Notes under the pieces: model-generated | Told to the model about the DNA's origin: nothing | Databases searched by the model: none | What the model saw: only the letters and a program-made list of their open reading frames with translations | Shown here: positions 41,885 to 52,307 of the stretch, piece after piece | Layout of the letters: every line of letters begins with the position of its first letter | How positions within the stretch are numbered: position 1 is the stretch's first letter | Made by a program: the position numbers and the translations under genes | IMG/VR virus record: IMGVR_UViG_2595698755_000001 | Location: 96,001 to 160,000 of that record | DNA length: 64,000 nt | Strand: one strand, 5' to 3' | DNA from: a virus | Taxonomy: Duplodnaviria > Caudoviricetes

Positions 41885-42409
41885 TTATTTACGCACAATT
41901 TTTAATGCGAAAGCTTTTGCTTTTTGGTGTAATTCATAACCAGAATCTTCGATTACATTGAATACGATTTTAGCTTCTGCGCCTGTTGTAGCATCAGCTT
42001 TAACTAAAAGACCGTTAGCACCTGCGATAAGTTTGTCGCCTACTACTGGAGCAGTTCCGAAGTAGTCTGCTGTTAAAGTGATGATATCACCTGTAGCTAA
42101 TGCGTAAGCACGAGCAACTTTACCTGCTTCGATACGGAAGTCCTCTAATTTGTATTTCTTTTCGTCATACATTACTTCTGAATTGTGAATGAAATAGATT
42201 TCCTCTGTGTGGTCACCAACTTCTGTTAATGTAGCTTTGTGAACCTCACGTGGATTACGAACGTTCATTAACTCTCCAAGTGTAACGAATACACCGTTTT
42301 GAGTTTCTACTGCAACTCCTGCACCGTTATGTACGATTACTGATTCTAAGTTACCGTTGTAACCAGATAATAGAATATCTTTTCTTGTAACATAAATTTT
42401 ATCTGCCAT
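41885..42409 (-). CDS. Head decoration/capsid cement protein
   Basis: Between scaffold and MCP; NGVFV.LG, GKVARAY.L..GD motifs. Confidence 0.7.
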   Translation of the reverse strand: MADKIYVTRKDILLSGYNGNLESVIVHNGAGVAVETQNGVFVTLGELMNVRNPREVHKATLTEVGDHTEEIYFIHNSEVMYDEKKYKLEDFRIEAGKVARAYALATGDIITLTADYFGTAPVVGDKLIAGANGLLVKADATTGAEAKIVFNVIEDSGYELHQKAKAFALKIVRK

Positions 42410-42437
42410 TATTTTTTCCTCCTAGTAATTTTACAAA

Positions 42438-43868
42438 CTATTGTTTGTTTCCATATTTCTCGAATAATCCGCCATATTGCTTTGGCTTTTCTTCGTTTTT
42501 ATCATTACCTAATGGTAATCGAATGCTAGTATTCTCTTTCTTATGAGAGAAGTTTTGCTTGTTAGCGAATGCTTTACGTCCTAAGATGCTGTAGCATTTT
42601 TCTTGAACTTGCTCTAATGTAAATTCATTAGCACTTGCTAAGATTTCTGATACACCTTCATCTTCCTCAGTTAAGCCTAACTCAGCGATTGTGTCTGCAA
42701 TTTTAGTTTCATGCTCTGCATCTTCTACAGCTTTCTTGAAAGCTTTTAATTGCTTGTTTTCTGCAACGATAGAATTGTAAGAAGCTAAAAGTTCGTCATA
42801 GTCAGCTTGGTCTTCTTCATTAGAGAATTTACCTTTTTCTTTCTTAGCTTTCTTTTTCTTCTTTTCTTCTTCTTCGTCTACTGGTTTCTCGTCAGCAGGT
42901 TTCTTTTCATCAGCAGGAACTTTTTCTTTGTCCTCTGGTTTCTTTTCATCCTCTGGCTTAGAATCCTTTTTGTCTTCTGGTTTCTGTTCCTTATCGTCAG
43001 CAGGTTTTTGTTCGCCACCATCTTTGTTATCTTCTGGTTTTTTGTCTTTTTCTTCATCGTCTTTCTTCTTTTTCTTAGCGAAATCAGAAATAACTGTTTC
43101 TAAAGACTCACCTTCTAGACCTTCAATAGCAACTCCTGCTTCTGTTAAGTCCTCAACTGAAACTGAATACTTTTCTAGTAATTGTTCTAAAGTCAAATTA
43201 ATAACCTCCTTGTTTGTATTTAGAGAATTTTTCAACTCATTCATCATTTGTGCGAACTCTTCTTTCATTTGAGCGAACTCGCTTTTGAATGAATCTTTAT
43301 CTTCAAATGAATAAGCTGTAATATTAGCATCTTCAAATGCAGGTTCAGTCTCGTCACCTAAGATGCATAGTGCAGAGAAAATAAAATCATCTATACGATA
43401 ACTATTATCTTTTTCTACCCATTCACCATCAACGACTTCAATTTCCATTGATTGACCTTTGCCTTTTTCTACTACGCTAAAAGCTTCTTCATATCTACCT
43501 GTCCATAAATAACAACCGTTAATAACTAGATATTCACGAGTTGTTCCATCTGCACCCTCAACCGTTTCCCAACTAAAAGTAGCTGATTCTGGTACGACAC
43601 CATAAGGTTTAGTAGTGTGAACATATTTATATGTATCTAAATCTATCTTTCCACCATGACCTTTATAGTCTTTAGCTTCCATTGAAAACTCACCAACAAT
43701 AGGAATGTTGTAAATAGTTGGTAGTGCTTTTTCAACTGCATCTCTTGTGATATTCGACATATTACGATTTTGACCAGTATAAAGTGTTCTTACTTTACAG
43801 GTGGAGAAAAGAGGGTGGACTTTTTTGACATCACTAATACTAGCTTGGAAGTCTAATCTTTTACCCAT
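42438..43868 (-). CDS. Prohead protease/scaffold protein
   Basis: NRN.S...PIVG, GQSMEI, FSALCILG...PAF protease-like N-terminus; KPED-rich low-complexity scaffold region. Confidence 0.8.
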   Translation of the reverse strand: MGKRLDFQASISDVKKVHPLFSTCKVRTLYTGQNRNMSNITRDAVEKALPTIYNIPIVGEFSMEAKDYKGHGGKIDLDTYKYVHTTKPYGVVPESATFSWETVEGADGTTREYLVINGCYLWTGRYEEAFSVVEKGKGQSMEIEVVDGEWVEKDNSYRIDDFIFSALCILGDETEPAFEDANITAYSFEDKDSFKSEFAQMKEEFAQMMNELKNSLNTNKEVINLTLEQLLEKYSVSVEDLTEAGVAIEGLEGESLETVISDFAKKKKKDDEEKDKKPEDNKDGGEQKPADDKEQKPEDKKDSKPEDEKKPEDKEKVPADEKKPADEKPVDEEEEKKKKKAKKEKGKFSNEEDQADYDELLASYNSIVAENKQLKAFKKAVEDAEHETKIADTIAELGLTEEDEGVSEILASANEFTLEQVQEKCYSILGRKAFANKQNFSHKKENTSIRLPLGNDKNEEKPKQYGGLFEKYGNKQ

Positions 43869-43895
43869 TTCCTTTCACCTCCTTTAAAGATTTGT

Positions 43896-45404
43896 TTATT
43901 TAGTAGTTGGTTTCGCATTCGGTTTATCTTGACCTCTTGCAGTCTCATCAGAAACGTCTTTGGCATCCTTCTTAGGTCTACCATCTTCTGCTCCTGCTAA
44001 TCCTTCTGCACCCATTGTGTGGGACGACATCATAGGAATAAACTTGTCATGCATCTCTAGTAAGTCATTCTCTAAGTAAGCCATATTCATTGTTTCAATT
44101 GGGTCTAAACCTACAACTGCACAAACATGACTCTTAACTGGAACGCCAAACTGACCTGCTTCTAAGTACATCTTGAATACTTCTTGCTTGTTGTATTCTG
44201 TTACGTGAAGCAGATTTATATTAAACATTAAATCTTTAAATTCATTTTTTAAATATCTATTAATCCATCGTTGAATTTGAGTCAATACTGCAAAGACAAT
44301 TTCTTCATCTGTTTTAATAGACATTAGTAAGCCTTGTGATGTTGACTTGTCAGCACCGAATAATAGGCTTGAAACACCTAAACCGTCCCAAAGGTCACGT
44401 TGTGCCTTTTGAACTCCATCGCTATCTGCTCTGTCTCTATCAAACTTAACTGGCTCAATTTTCATTGGAGATGTAATAATACCGACATTATCTGGTACAG
44501 TATTACTTGCCATTTCATGGAAGAATCTCATTGTTTCTTCGTCAATTGCGAAGTCATTGTTATCTTCACTATCTGGGCGCATTGGCAATTGTTGTGTAAG
44601 AATCATATAGTTTCCTAGTTCTTCTTTATCTTTACGAAGTTGTTTAAATCCTTCGATATCAAACATTGCATCAAATGACCCTGCGAATGGTGGGAAAATA
44701 TCTAACATATGTTCGTTAATCTTAATACAGATTGTGTTCTCTGCACTAAGTTCTACATATGATTCCAATTTAGAATTAGTATTTTTTACTCTTTTCCAAA
44801 CTGCATATTTTTCTTGAACTTCTTTTCCATATAATAGAAGTCTTTCTTCATCTTTTTCAAAGTATCTCATGTCAATACTAAAGTTATAAACTCCATCTTC
44901 TACAGATGTGATTTGACAGATATCACCTTGAATATGCTGAATGTAAAATGATTTTTTATCTCTATGTACATATCCATAAAAAACATCTTCTTTAAAAGCT
45001 GTTGATAGAACTTTTGACATCTCATGACGTAATTCCATGAGTTTCATCAATTCACCAATCTCAGTATATTGTTTTAATACTTTACTTTTGTTTAATTTTT
45101 TGATATCCTTAATAGGAGTGATAACATGTGAGAATAACGCCATGTTAGAAAGATACCATAATAGACGTTGATATTGTGGACTCTTTGCAAATAAGATGTT
45201 GGAAATCTCAACTAGTTTCTTTTGATTTCGTTGGTCTTTATAATTTTCAACAATCTCTCGAACTTCACTTTGTTTATACTTCTTTAAGAATTGACGACCA
45301 TCTCTGCTCTTTCTTAAATCATTAACGATAAGTCTTTGAAAAGCCATTCTATCAAACTGCATTCGGCTAATTCTTTCTTTACTTTCTTGATTTTGCTCTG
45401 ACAT
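43896..45404 (-). CDS. Portal protein
   Basis: 502 aa between terminase and protease; GRP-containing C-terminal tail. Confidence 0.85.
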   Translation of the reverse strand: MSEQNQESKERISRMQFDRMAFQRLIVNDLRKSRDGRQFLKKYKQSEVREIVENYKDQRNQKKLVEISNILFAKSPQYQRLLWYLSNMALFSHVITPIKDIKKLNKSKVLKQYTEIGELMKLMELRHEMSKVLSTAFKEDVFYGYVHRDKKSFYIQHIQGDICQITSVEDGVYNFSIDMRYFEKDEERLLLYGKEVQEKYAVWKRVKNTNSKLESYVELSAENTICIKINEHMLDIFPPFAGSFDAMFDIEGFKQLRKDKEELGNYMILTQQLPMRPDSEDNNDFAIDEETMRFFHEMASNTVPDNVGIITSPMKIEPVKFDRDRADSDGVQKAQRDLWDGLGVSSLLFGADKSTSQGLLMSIKTDEEIVFAVLTQIQRWINRYLKNEFKDLMFNINLLHVTEYNKQEVFKMYLEAGQFGVPVKSHVCAVVGLDPIETMNMAYLENDLLEMHDKFIPMMSSHTMGAEGLAGAEDGRPKKDAKDVSDETARGQDKPNAKPTTK

Positions 45405-45418
45405 ATTTCAACCTCCTT

Positions 45419-47113
45419 TTAATTCCAAATTTTGTATTTTGCTTCTTTGACTGCAAAGAAACTTGATGCATCGAAAGTTTGTCTCTTTCTTTGCTTATTT
45501 TTTTGTTCTAATTGATACATATAGAAGATACCGTATGCTAAAGCCGAGTATCTATCTTTCTCAATACTTCTAGAAATCTGTTTAACATTTGTTGTGTTAC
45601 CAGTTTGTACATACTCCAAGTTCATGATTTCATCAATCATTCTGTCCACTTGAATGTGTGGCATAAGCTTTTCAGCTAATCTATTACCATCTTTATCTCT
45701 GATAATACCACGCATATTTGCTTCTGATTTCAACATAAAGATATCACCATTCTGAATCGTTGACATGAATACGTTAACGATATCAGTATTCTTAGATTCT
45801 TTAGATTGTGAAGAAATCAAGTGTAACATTGGAATACTATTTGCTTTCTTGTATTTGTCATATCTGTCATCATTGACAACAGCATATGGAGGATTTGCAT
45901 CAATCTCTGTTACTAGAATATCTGTAACCCCACGACCAATACCGTTGTGGTCAAGAACTAATATACTTGCATTATATTCTACGACTTTCTTTTTCAAGAA
46001 CAACGCTTGCTCATGGAAGTGAGTACCTTCTTTTGTAAACATGTTTACTAAGAATTTCTGGTATGTACCATCACCACGAGGAACTGCTTTGATAACAGCT
46101 AAAGACGAGTTAGCAGTTTGTTTACCTTCTGCACGAGCGATGTCGTAAGCAAGAACATAAATTGCATCCTTATCTTTCTTTTTAGTTGAATTAGGGTCTA
46201 CTCTGAACTCTGCTTCCTCGACAGTTCTACATCTAGTAATCTCTTCAACAGTTACTAGTGAACGTTCATTTGAACCTGTAAAAATACTTCCATACTCTCT
46301 ATCGAATGATAAAGGAGAATATGTAGCTGAATTTTTCTTTTCAATAACATCGGCATAATCTAATGTACCGAATCGAGTACCCATTTCGTAAGAACTACCT
46401 AATACGATAGTAGGCTCTCCACGAACCATTTCTCCAAACAATTCCATATACTTTTCATAACAGTATGATTGTTTGTGTGAAGCAGTTGTGATATATGCTT
46501 GTGTCTTAGAATACTCATTTGGGTCAGCCCCATGTTTTGTCATACGTGGTTGTGCTAGAATTGGAAGGATAACGTTGTTTATCGTATCTCTATCCATCTT
46601 CTCATCTACAATCTCTTCTAGTGCAATACCATTAGCACGAAGACCACGAGATGATTCTCCAACTGTTAGTGTATCTAGTGATGCACCATTACGGAATCTT
46701 AAACTCACATAGTCCTTTTGAAACTTGAAATCAATTAATTCATTTTTTAAAATAGGATAGTCACGCCATAGTTCTTCTACTTTCTCTTGAACTACTTTCG
46801 CACTTTGAGTTTTCGTAGGCATCGCTAAACAGATACTAGCATCTGGATACATAACACATTTTAAGTAATGTGCCATTACATCTATGTATGTCTTGGAAAT
46901 ACCACGACTTGCAACAATTCCAACCTTTTTCTTTCTAAAGAATGCTCTTAAAAACACTCGTTGGAATGGTGTCAAATCAAATCGGGTAACATCCGTTTTA
47001 ATATAATCTATAAAATAATCTGGATACTCTCTGAAAAAAGATAACATTTTTGCGAAGTCATCTTTAACAGCATCAAAAGTACCGCTTTTATTATTCTTCT
47101 TCTTCTGGCTCAT
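45419..47113 (-). CDS. terL: Terminase large subunit
   Basis: ASRGISKT Walker A, RGLRANGIALEE Walker B, YITTA, YDIAR and KDRYSA nuclease motifs. Confidence 0.92.
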   Translation of the reverse strand: MSQKKKNNKSGTFDAVKDDFAKMLSFFREYPDYFIDYIKTDVTRFDLTPFQRVFLRAFFRKKKVGIVASRGISKTYIDVMAHYLKCVMYPDASICLAMPTKTQSAKVVQEKVEELWRDYPILKNELIDFKFQKDYVSLRFRNGASLDTLTVGESSRGLRANGIALEEIVDEKMDRDTINNVILPILAQPRMTKHGADPNEYSKTQAYITTASHKQSYCYEKYMELFGEMVRGEPTIVLGSSYEMGTRFGTLDYADVIEKKNSATYSPLSFDREYGSIFTGSNERSLVTVEEITRCRTVEEAEFRVDPNSTKKKDKDAIYVLAYDIARAEGKQTANSSLAVIKAVPRGDGTYQKFLVNMFTKEGTHFHEQALFLKKKVVEYNASILVLDHNGIGRGVTDILVTEIDANPPYAVVNDDRYDKYKKANSIPMLHLISSQSKESKNTDIVNVFMSTIQNGDIFMLKSEANMRGIIRDKDGNRLAEKLMPHIQVDRMIDEIMNLEYVQTGNTTNVKQISRSIEKDRYSALAYGIFYMYQLEQKNKQRKRQTFDASSFFAVKEAKYKIWN

Positions 47114-47990
47114 ATTCCATAACCTCATCTCGCCACTCTGTATCTGGCTCTGTGGTCACTGGCTTATCAACTAATCTTTCTACGAATTGTTGGTAATACA
47201 TTAACATGTAATCAATATCGTCTTTCTTGAACTCTACTAGTTTAGGAGGAATGAATCCTTCTTTCTCAATCTCAGCCCATACTTGAGAGAATGAGAAAAG
47301 ACCAGTTGCTTCTGACCCACTCTTCTTATCTACAGGGCGCATACCTGCTGATTTAAGGAGGATATCATATTCTTTATTAATCTTCCCATATTGTGTGAAG
47401 TCTTTTCTTGCTAGTGCGTTGTCGGCTTCTACAGATAATTTTGCTAATTGCTTTAACATGTGTTTGTGATTCGTTTCTTTTACTTCGTAACTCATCATCA
47501 TATCTTGGTAGTATTTTTCTAATCGTAAGTATTCGTGCTTTTGATAACCAATGCCCCAACGAGACACTAGAGAATCTGAATACTCGATTATTTCACCGTC
47601 TTCTCTTTCAATCTTTTCTGAAAGTTGTGAAGCTTGTACATCAAGTGCAGTACCAATACCAACAGCTTGACTGTCATCGAAACTTTTATTTTTTACTTGG
47701 TTAAGAGAATTTATTTTTCTAATATATTCTCCTAATGGATGATTTTTTGATTTTGTTGCTTCATCCCAATACTTCTGATTGAAAGGTTTATCAATCTGTC
47801 TTAGGAAACTAATTACTTGTTCCATATCATTAACATCGACTTGTGCACGAACACAATCACGACATGTGTTTATCATTCCATCTGGAAATAACGGACTATC
47901 AACTTTAAAAAAGAAAGTAGTCGCTTTATCCTTACCACAAGATGAACATTGTTTCTTTGGTGTAGGCTCTTTTTTCTTCCTTGTACTCAT
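47091..47990 (-). CDS. Zn-finger protein upstream of terL (possible terminase small subunit)
   Basis: CSSC...CRDC; overlaps the terL start. Confidence 0.55.
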   Translation of the reverse strand: MSTRKKKEPTPKKQCSSCGKDKATTFFFKVDSPLFPDGMINTCRDCVRAQVDVNDMEQVISFLRQIDKPFNQKYWDEATKSKNHPLGEYIRKINSLNQVKNKSFDDSQAVGIGTALDVQASQLSEKIEREDGEIIEYSDSLVSRWGIGYQKHEYLRLEKYYQDMMMSYEVKETNHKHMLKQLAKLSVEADNALARKDFTQYGKINKEYDILLKSAGMRPVDKKSGSEATGLFSFSQVWAEIEKEGFIPPKLVEFKKDDIDYMLMYYQQFVERLVDKPVTTEPDTEWRDEVMEYEPEEEE

Positions 47991-48146
47991 TAACTTCACT
48001 CCTTTTCTCAATATAAAAAAGAGTATTTAGAGAACGTCCCAACCGCAAGGGAGAGTTAGCGATTGAGACATTATAAAATACCCCTCATTAATAATGCCTT
48101 TAACTAAGGCACTTTGTGACCATTTTGATAAAATTCCTCTTTTATC

Positions 48147-48710
48147 TTAAATAAAATCTCTATCATGATGGAATCCACCACGAATATGTTTGTACTTTCT
48201 GATTTCTTTGTAGTCTTCGTATCTTACACTGCAATCTACTAAAATACCATTAGGGAATTTGCGACCCATAACTTCATGATATTTACCTACCATTACAGAA
48301 AGGTTTTCTCCACGTGCACCAAACTCTTTAACAGCAAGTTCTTTTGCATGTTCTACTAAACCACTATGACCTACTAAAATAGGTATATTAAAATCTAAAG
48401 ACAGACCAATTAGTAAAGTTGTTTTCCCAACTTGTCTATCTGCTTCGGTTACTCTAATCAACTTTCCTTGATTTGCTATACCATCTTTTAATCTTGAATT
48501 GAAAACTTGTTCCTGCAATAATTTGTTAAGTTCTAAACGTCTGAAAGATGCTTGAATCTTACCATCAAATCCAAATTCTTTTTCATGTACGATTTCTAAA
48601 ACTTCTCTAATTTCCTTTTCACAACGGAATCCATTAGAGTTTAACCCCGACAAAATTCTTAAATAATCCAACATTTCTTCTCTTTCAATATTACTCATCA
48701 TCATCATCAA
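48147..48710 (-). CDS. Hypothetical protein with P-loop-like motif
   Basis: RQVGKTT. Confidence 0.6.
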   Translation of the reverse strand: MMMMMSNIEREEMLDYLRILSGLNSNGFRCEKEIREVLEIVHEKEFGFDGKIQASFRRLELNKLLQEQVFNSRLKDGIANQGKLIRVTEADRQVGKTTLLIGLSLDFNIPILVGHSGLVEHAKELAVKEFGARGENLSVMVGKYHEVMGRKFPNGILVDCSVRYEDYKEIRKYKHIRGGFHHDRDFI

Positions 48711-48729
48711 TCTTCTTTCTTTGAAAAAT

Positions 48730-49971
48730 TTATTTAAAAGTTACCCAACGCACTTCAATCTCGCCATCTTCATGAATGATATGATAGCTTTGTGAAGGAG
48801 AGGACACCTTTCTTAACTTGTTTAAAACAAAATCATCTGCACCCTTTAAACTTCCACTTACTGAAATAAACTTGTTATCATGTACCTCTTTTAAATAACG
48901 TGTGTGAGTGTGTCCCATCAACACTAGGTCATAATCTATCTTGTCAATTTCAGAGTGTCGTGCTAGTAAACCTGCATCATTCTGGTTGTCTAGGTCACCA
49001 TGTAATGCCAAAATACTCTTACCATTTACAACGAATGAGTGCTTATAGTCTTCTGCTTGCTCATATGTAATTCTATCAATCTTTGCATTAGTGATAAATT
49101 GTTCAATTGCATAGTTGATAGCTTTTACTGCATGGTCACCATCAATGCCTTTGTTCTTATCTCCATCTACTCTATCGTGATTACCTGCGATACCTGCATA
49201 GGTTACCTTGACATGCTGTGATAATCCGATTAGGAATTTCTGGATTAAGTCAGATGCTCTTACAATCTGTTCTGAATATGAAAACTCTACTCCAAATCCT
49301 TGTGCAAATCGCATTGAAGAATGTTCTACAGTGTCTCCAAGGTTAATTACGTATACGTCTGTAATACCATTAGTTTTAGCTTCTGCTACGATTTTATTTA
49401 AGTATTTTTGCATTCTTTCTTGTGCGATGAAATAATTATATGTATTAACTTTGTTGTCAACGATTGCTCCAATATGTAAATCTGATAAACTAACAACCAT
49501 TTTTGAGTTACCTTCAAATTTAATATCTTCTGCTTCTAACTTAAACTCACTGAAATCATGAGCCTTAAATGCATTTCCAATTTGCTCTGCTGTCAAAGCA
49601 AAATCAATAACATCTCGTTTTACTTTATTTAGTTCTTTTAACACATGTTGATTCTCACGCTTCTCATAAGCCATCTCGCCAACGATTTCTTTAATAGACT
49701 CTAGTTTACTATCGGCTACCATATCAGCGTACTTAGGCGCTTCTGGAAGTTCTCCGATGGACTTCTGATAAGCTTTAATCATGCAACGATATGATTCATT
49801 GTTATCTGCATCAAAATAGCCTTCTCGCTCCATCATTTTAACTAACAATGACCATGAGCATTTTCTAGATGGTGAAGCTTTTTGTAATTCTTGTTTAATT
49901 CTTACAGCAGTGTTTAAGTGGCTTTCAGAAACTTTTACAAGTTCTCCACTCTTATTAGTATATGACCGCAT
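48730..49971 (-). CDS. Calcineurin-like metallophosphoesterase (SPbeta YonJ-like)
   Basis: SDLHIG, LGD, GNHDR, HGD, GHTH. Confidence 0.88.
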   Translation of the reverse strand: MRSYTNKSGELVKVSESHLNTAVRIKQELQKASPSRKCSWSLLVKMMEREGYFDADNNESYRCMIKAYQKSIGELPEAPKYADMVADSKLESIKEIVGEMAYEKRENQHVLKELNKVKRDVIDFALTAEQIGNAFKAHDFSEFKLEAEDIKFEGNSKMVVSLSDLHIGAIVDNKVNTYNYFIAQERMQKYLNKIVAEAKTNGITDVYVINLGDTVEHSSMRFAQGFGVEFSYSEQIVRASDLIQKFLIGLSQHVKVTYAGIAGNHDRVDGDKNKGIDGDHAVKAINYAIEQFITNAKIDRITYEQAEDYKHSFVVNGKSILALHGDLDNQNDAGLLARHSEIDKIDYDLVLMGHTHTRYLKEVHDNKFISVSGSLKGADDFVLNKLRKVSSPSQSYHIIHEDGEIEVRWVTFK

Positions 49972-49990
49972 TACTCAATCACTCCAGTTC

Positions 49991-50194
49991 TTATTCTTCG
50001 TCTTCTTCTTCTGCTTCTACACCCATAACTTCGATATCTTCTACAATAGAAATCTTAACTGTCTTACCATCAAACTCTTTTAAATACTCGAAAAATTCAA
50101 TTGTTTCTACTGATTCTTTCTTAACTTCGTAAACTACACCTTCTGCCATGTTTAGTTCACCTTTAACACTAAAACTATTTGTACGCTTTGCCAT
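49991..50194 (-). CDS. yonK: YonK-family protein
   Basis: SVKG.L.M...V.E.KKE......F...LKEFDGK.V.ISI.E pattern and SPbeta synteny. Confidence 0.7.
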   Translation of the reverse strand: MAKRTNSFSVKGELNMAEGVVYEVKKESVETIEFFEYLKEFDGKTVKISIVEDIEVMGVEAEEEDEE

Positions 50195-50301
50195 TTCATA
50201 TTACCCCTTTAATATTTTTGATTTATACTAGAATAAGCCAAGAACACAAGGCTCTTGACTTTATCTATTTCTCTTCCCGACCACTTGCATTATGCAAGAA
50301 A

Positions 50302-50520
50302 TTATTCAGTTGTAGTTGTTTCTGTATCAGTTCCAAACACTTCATTGTAAGGACGAGGTTCGCCACCTACGAATACTTCTTGTTCTTCTACTGTTGTATA
50401 TGTACCATCTTCGTTCTGCTTCACATGAGCAGGAATACGTCTAATTGCTGATTTGTATTGCGGTTCAAACTTTGTTTTATTCTTACGTGCTTCTTCTCTA
50501 CGCTCTCTACGATTCTTCAT
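50302..50520 (-). CDS. Hypothetical protein
   Basis: MKNRRERRE N-terminus; RBS present. Confidence 0.65.
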   Translation of the reverse strand: MKNRRERREEARKNKTKFEPQYKSAIRRIPAHVKQNEDGTYTTVEEQEVFVGGEPRPYNEVFGTDTETTTTE

Positions 50521-50561
50521 ATTATTATCCCCTTTTTCTCATAATATGGAAGATACGGTTT

Positions 50562-52004
50562 TTAAACCGTAACCTTCGCATATCTTTCAGTCTCTAAAAC
50601 ATCTAACATAAACTCGTATGGAGTCTTGCCATTGGAATCTAGTAATTGTTGTAGAATACTTGGTGAGTAACCACTTACTAGCTGTACGCCTTGTGCGTTC
50701 ATCGTCATTGGTGTATTGCCGACAGCACGTACATTCCAGAATACGATATTAGGGAAGTCATATCCTGCTTCTTCAAAACGCTCACGCATCTTGTTGAAGA
50801 TATCAACGCTATTTCCTTTGATACAGTATTCGTCAAACTGCATATCAGAGATTATGTATAACTTCTTGACTACATCATCATTTGACACGTTATTCTCAAT
50901 AGCTACATCTAACACTTTTTGCAAAGCAAGTTGGATGTTTGTGCTATAGCCTTTACGTGCATTGATGTTTCTTACCTTCTCTACGATGTCGCTACCTTTA
51001 ATCTCTACGAATGAAGGACGGTCTGTGAAAGTTAAGAAGTGGTTATGGTAAATACCTTTGTTGCGTTCTGCAATATACATTGCTAGTGCAATAGATACTT
51101 CCATTGGTGTTCCATTCATACTTTCACTCACATCAGCCATAACTAAAGCATTATCAGTTTTGTCACCGATGAAGTTTGGTAAGTTTTCCCATTGACCTTC
51201 AAACAACTTAATATCTTGTGGAGATACATAGCGATGAAGAATTTTACCTACGATGTCGTTTGGATATAATGTTTTCGCATTAACCTTCACTTCACCTTTA
51301 GATAAACTGTCAAGGAAACCTTTGTAACGTTCTTCGTCATTTCGGAAGAATGCTCCACGATAAACCATTCCTGCACGTGATGGAAGTTTGTCATACTGGA
51401 TGTCTCCATAACGCTTTTCTGAAAGCTTTGTCTCAACTAGGTTAAGCTTCGCTCTCAATTCAGATAACAGTTTACGATACTGTTTTGGTTTTACACCAAA
51501 ATGTTCTCGCATAAGTTTTGCATACTTCTTTGTAACATGACTAGAAGCATTTTCAGATGGCATCCACTTAGCTAGTAAGGATGGACGGTCTGTTTGCTTG
51601 TCTGCTACTAACTGACGTTTAACAAACGCTAAAACATCTGCTTTCAAGTCTGTTTCTAATAATACCCATAAATCATCCCAACGACCAAATGCAGGTACAA
51701 GTTCAATGTTATTACGTAAAGCTTCCTTGTGATGTAAAGCTAAGTGTTGCATAGCTAAACGGAAGAAACGTCTTTCCCCTTGTCCTTGTTCAATGTCACG
51801 TAAGTAGAAGATTGCTTTCAATGTCAACAATTGATTTTCACCAAATGCCTTAGACACGATTGCTTTAATATCAGCTTCACTACGTTGTCTCATTGCACCG
51901 CCTTGAGAGAATAAATCTAAAACATCAGATTTTGTACTCTTATAAGCGATAGCACCATTTTCAGTTGTTGTTTTATTAAATTCATTTTTTAAGTGATTCA
52001 ACAT
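50562..52004 (-). CDS. DUF2828-like protein (TROVE/Ro60-related helical domain plus vWA/MIDAS domain)
   Basis: TTENGA.AYKST...LDLF, FYLRDI..GQGERR, FGRWDDL, AKWMPSE, MADVSESM (DxSxS), IISDMQFD, IVFWN, LVSGYS. Confidence 0.85.
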   Translation of the reverse strand: MLNHLKNEFNKTTTENGAIAYKSTKSDVLDLFSQGGAMRQRSEADIKAIVSKAFGENQLLTLKAIFYLRDIEQGQGERRFFRLAMQHLALHHKEALRNNIELVPAFGRWDDLWVLLETDLKADVLAFVKRQLVADKQTDRPSLLAKWMPSENASSHVTKKYAKLMREHFGVKPKQYRKLLSELRAKLNLVETKLSEKRYGDIQYDKLPSRAGMVYRGAFFRNDEERYKGFLDSLSKGEVKVNAKTLYPNDIVGKILHRYVSPQDIKLFEGQWENLPNFIGDKTDNALVMADVSESMNGTPMEVSIALAMYIAERNKGIYHNHFLTFTDRPSFVEIKGSDIVEKVRNINARKGYSTNIQLALQKVLDVAIENNVSNDDVVKKLYIISDMQFDEYCIKGNSVDIFNKMRERFEEAGYDFPNIVFWNVRAVGNTPMTMNAQGVQLVSGYSPSILQQLLDSNGKTPYEFMLDVLETERYAKVTV

Positions 52005-52096
52005 AATATCACTACTCCTTTTTATCTTTTATTAAACACTTTCTTAAACTCTAAATCTACGTTTCTAATTTAAAATGCAAGAAACTGCTTAATAAC

Positions 52097-52157
52097 AAGA
52101 CACTCCTATTTTTCATCGCATATGATATAAAATTTAGGTATTTGCTGTATGTGTCTT
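52097..52157 (-). ncRNA. ACAGC-stem RNA element copy 1 (candidate Y-like RNA, minimal)
   Basis: AAGACAC-ATACAGCAAATA-CCTA...TAGG-A-GTGTCTT. Confidence 0.7.
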
Positions 52158-52170
52158 TAAGCAATTTTGC

Positions 52171-52299
52171 TAGGCTCTACCTCTAATCCTGCATCGGCTG
52201 TGACCCCTAATGCAAGACGACCTTTCGGAAGGGTCTTTCATCGCTTTGGATATCTTTTAATTGTTCTTATGTATTTTAAGATTCGCTGTGATGAGCCTA
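52171..52299 (-). ncRNA. ACAGC-stem RNA element copy 2 (long, internal hairpins)
   Basis: TAGGCTC-ATCACAGCGAAT...A-GAGCCTA; stem covaries with the other copies. Confidence 0.6.
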
Positions 52300-52307
52300 A
52301 TTTGGGT

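Noticed and set aside
12421-47800. Many + strand ORFs antisense to structural genes
   Set aside because: These are shadow ORFs of long - strand genes, with no RBS or recognisable motifs.
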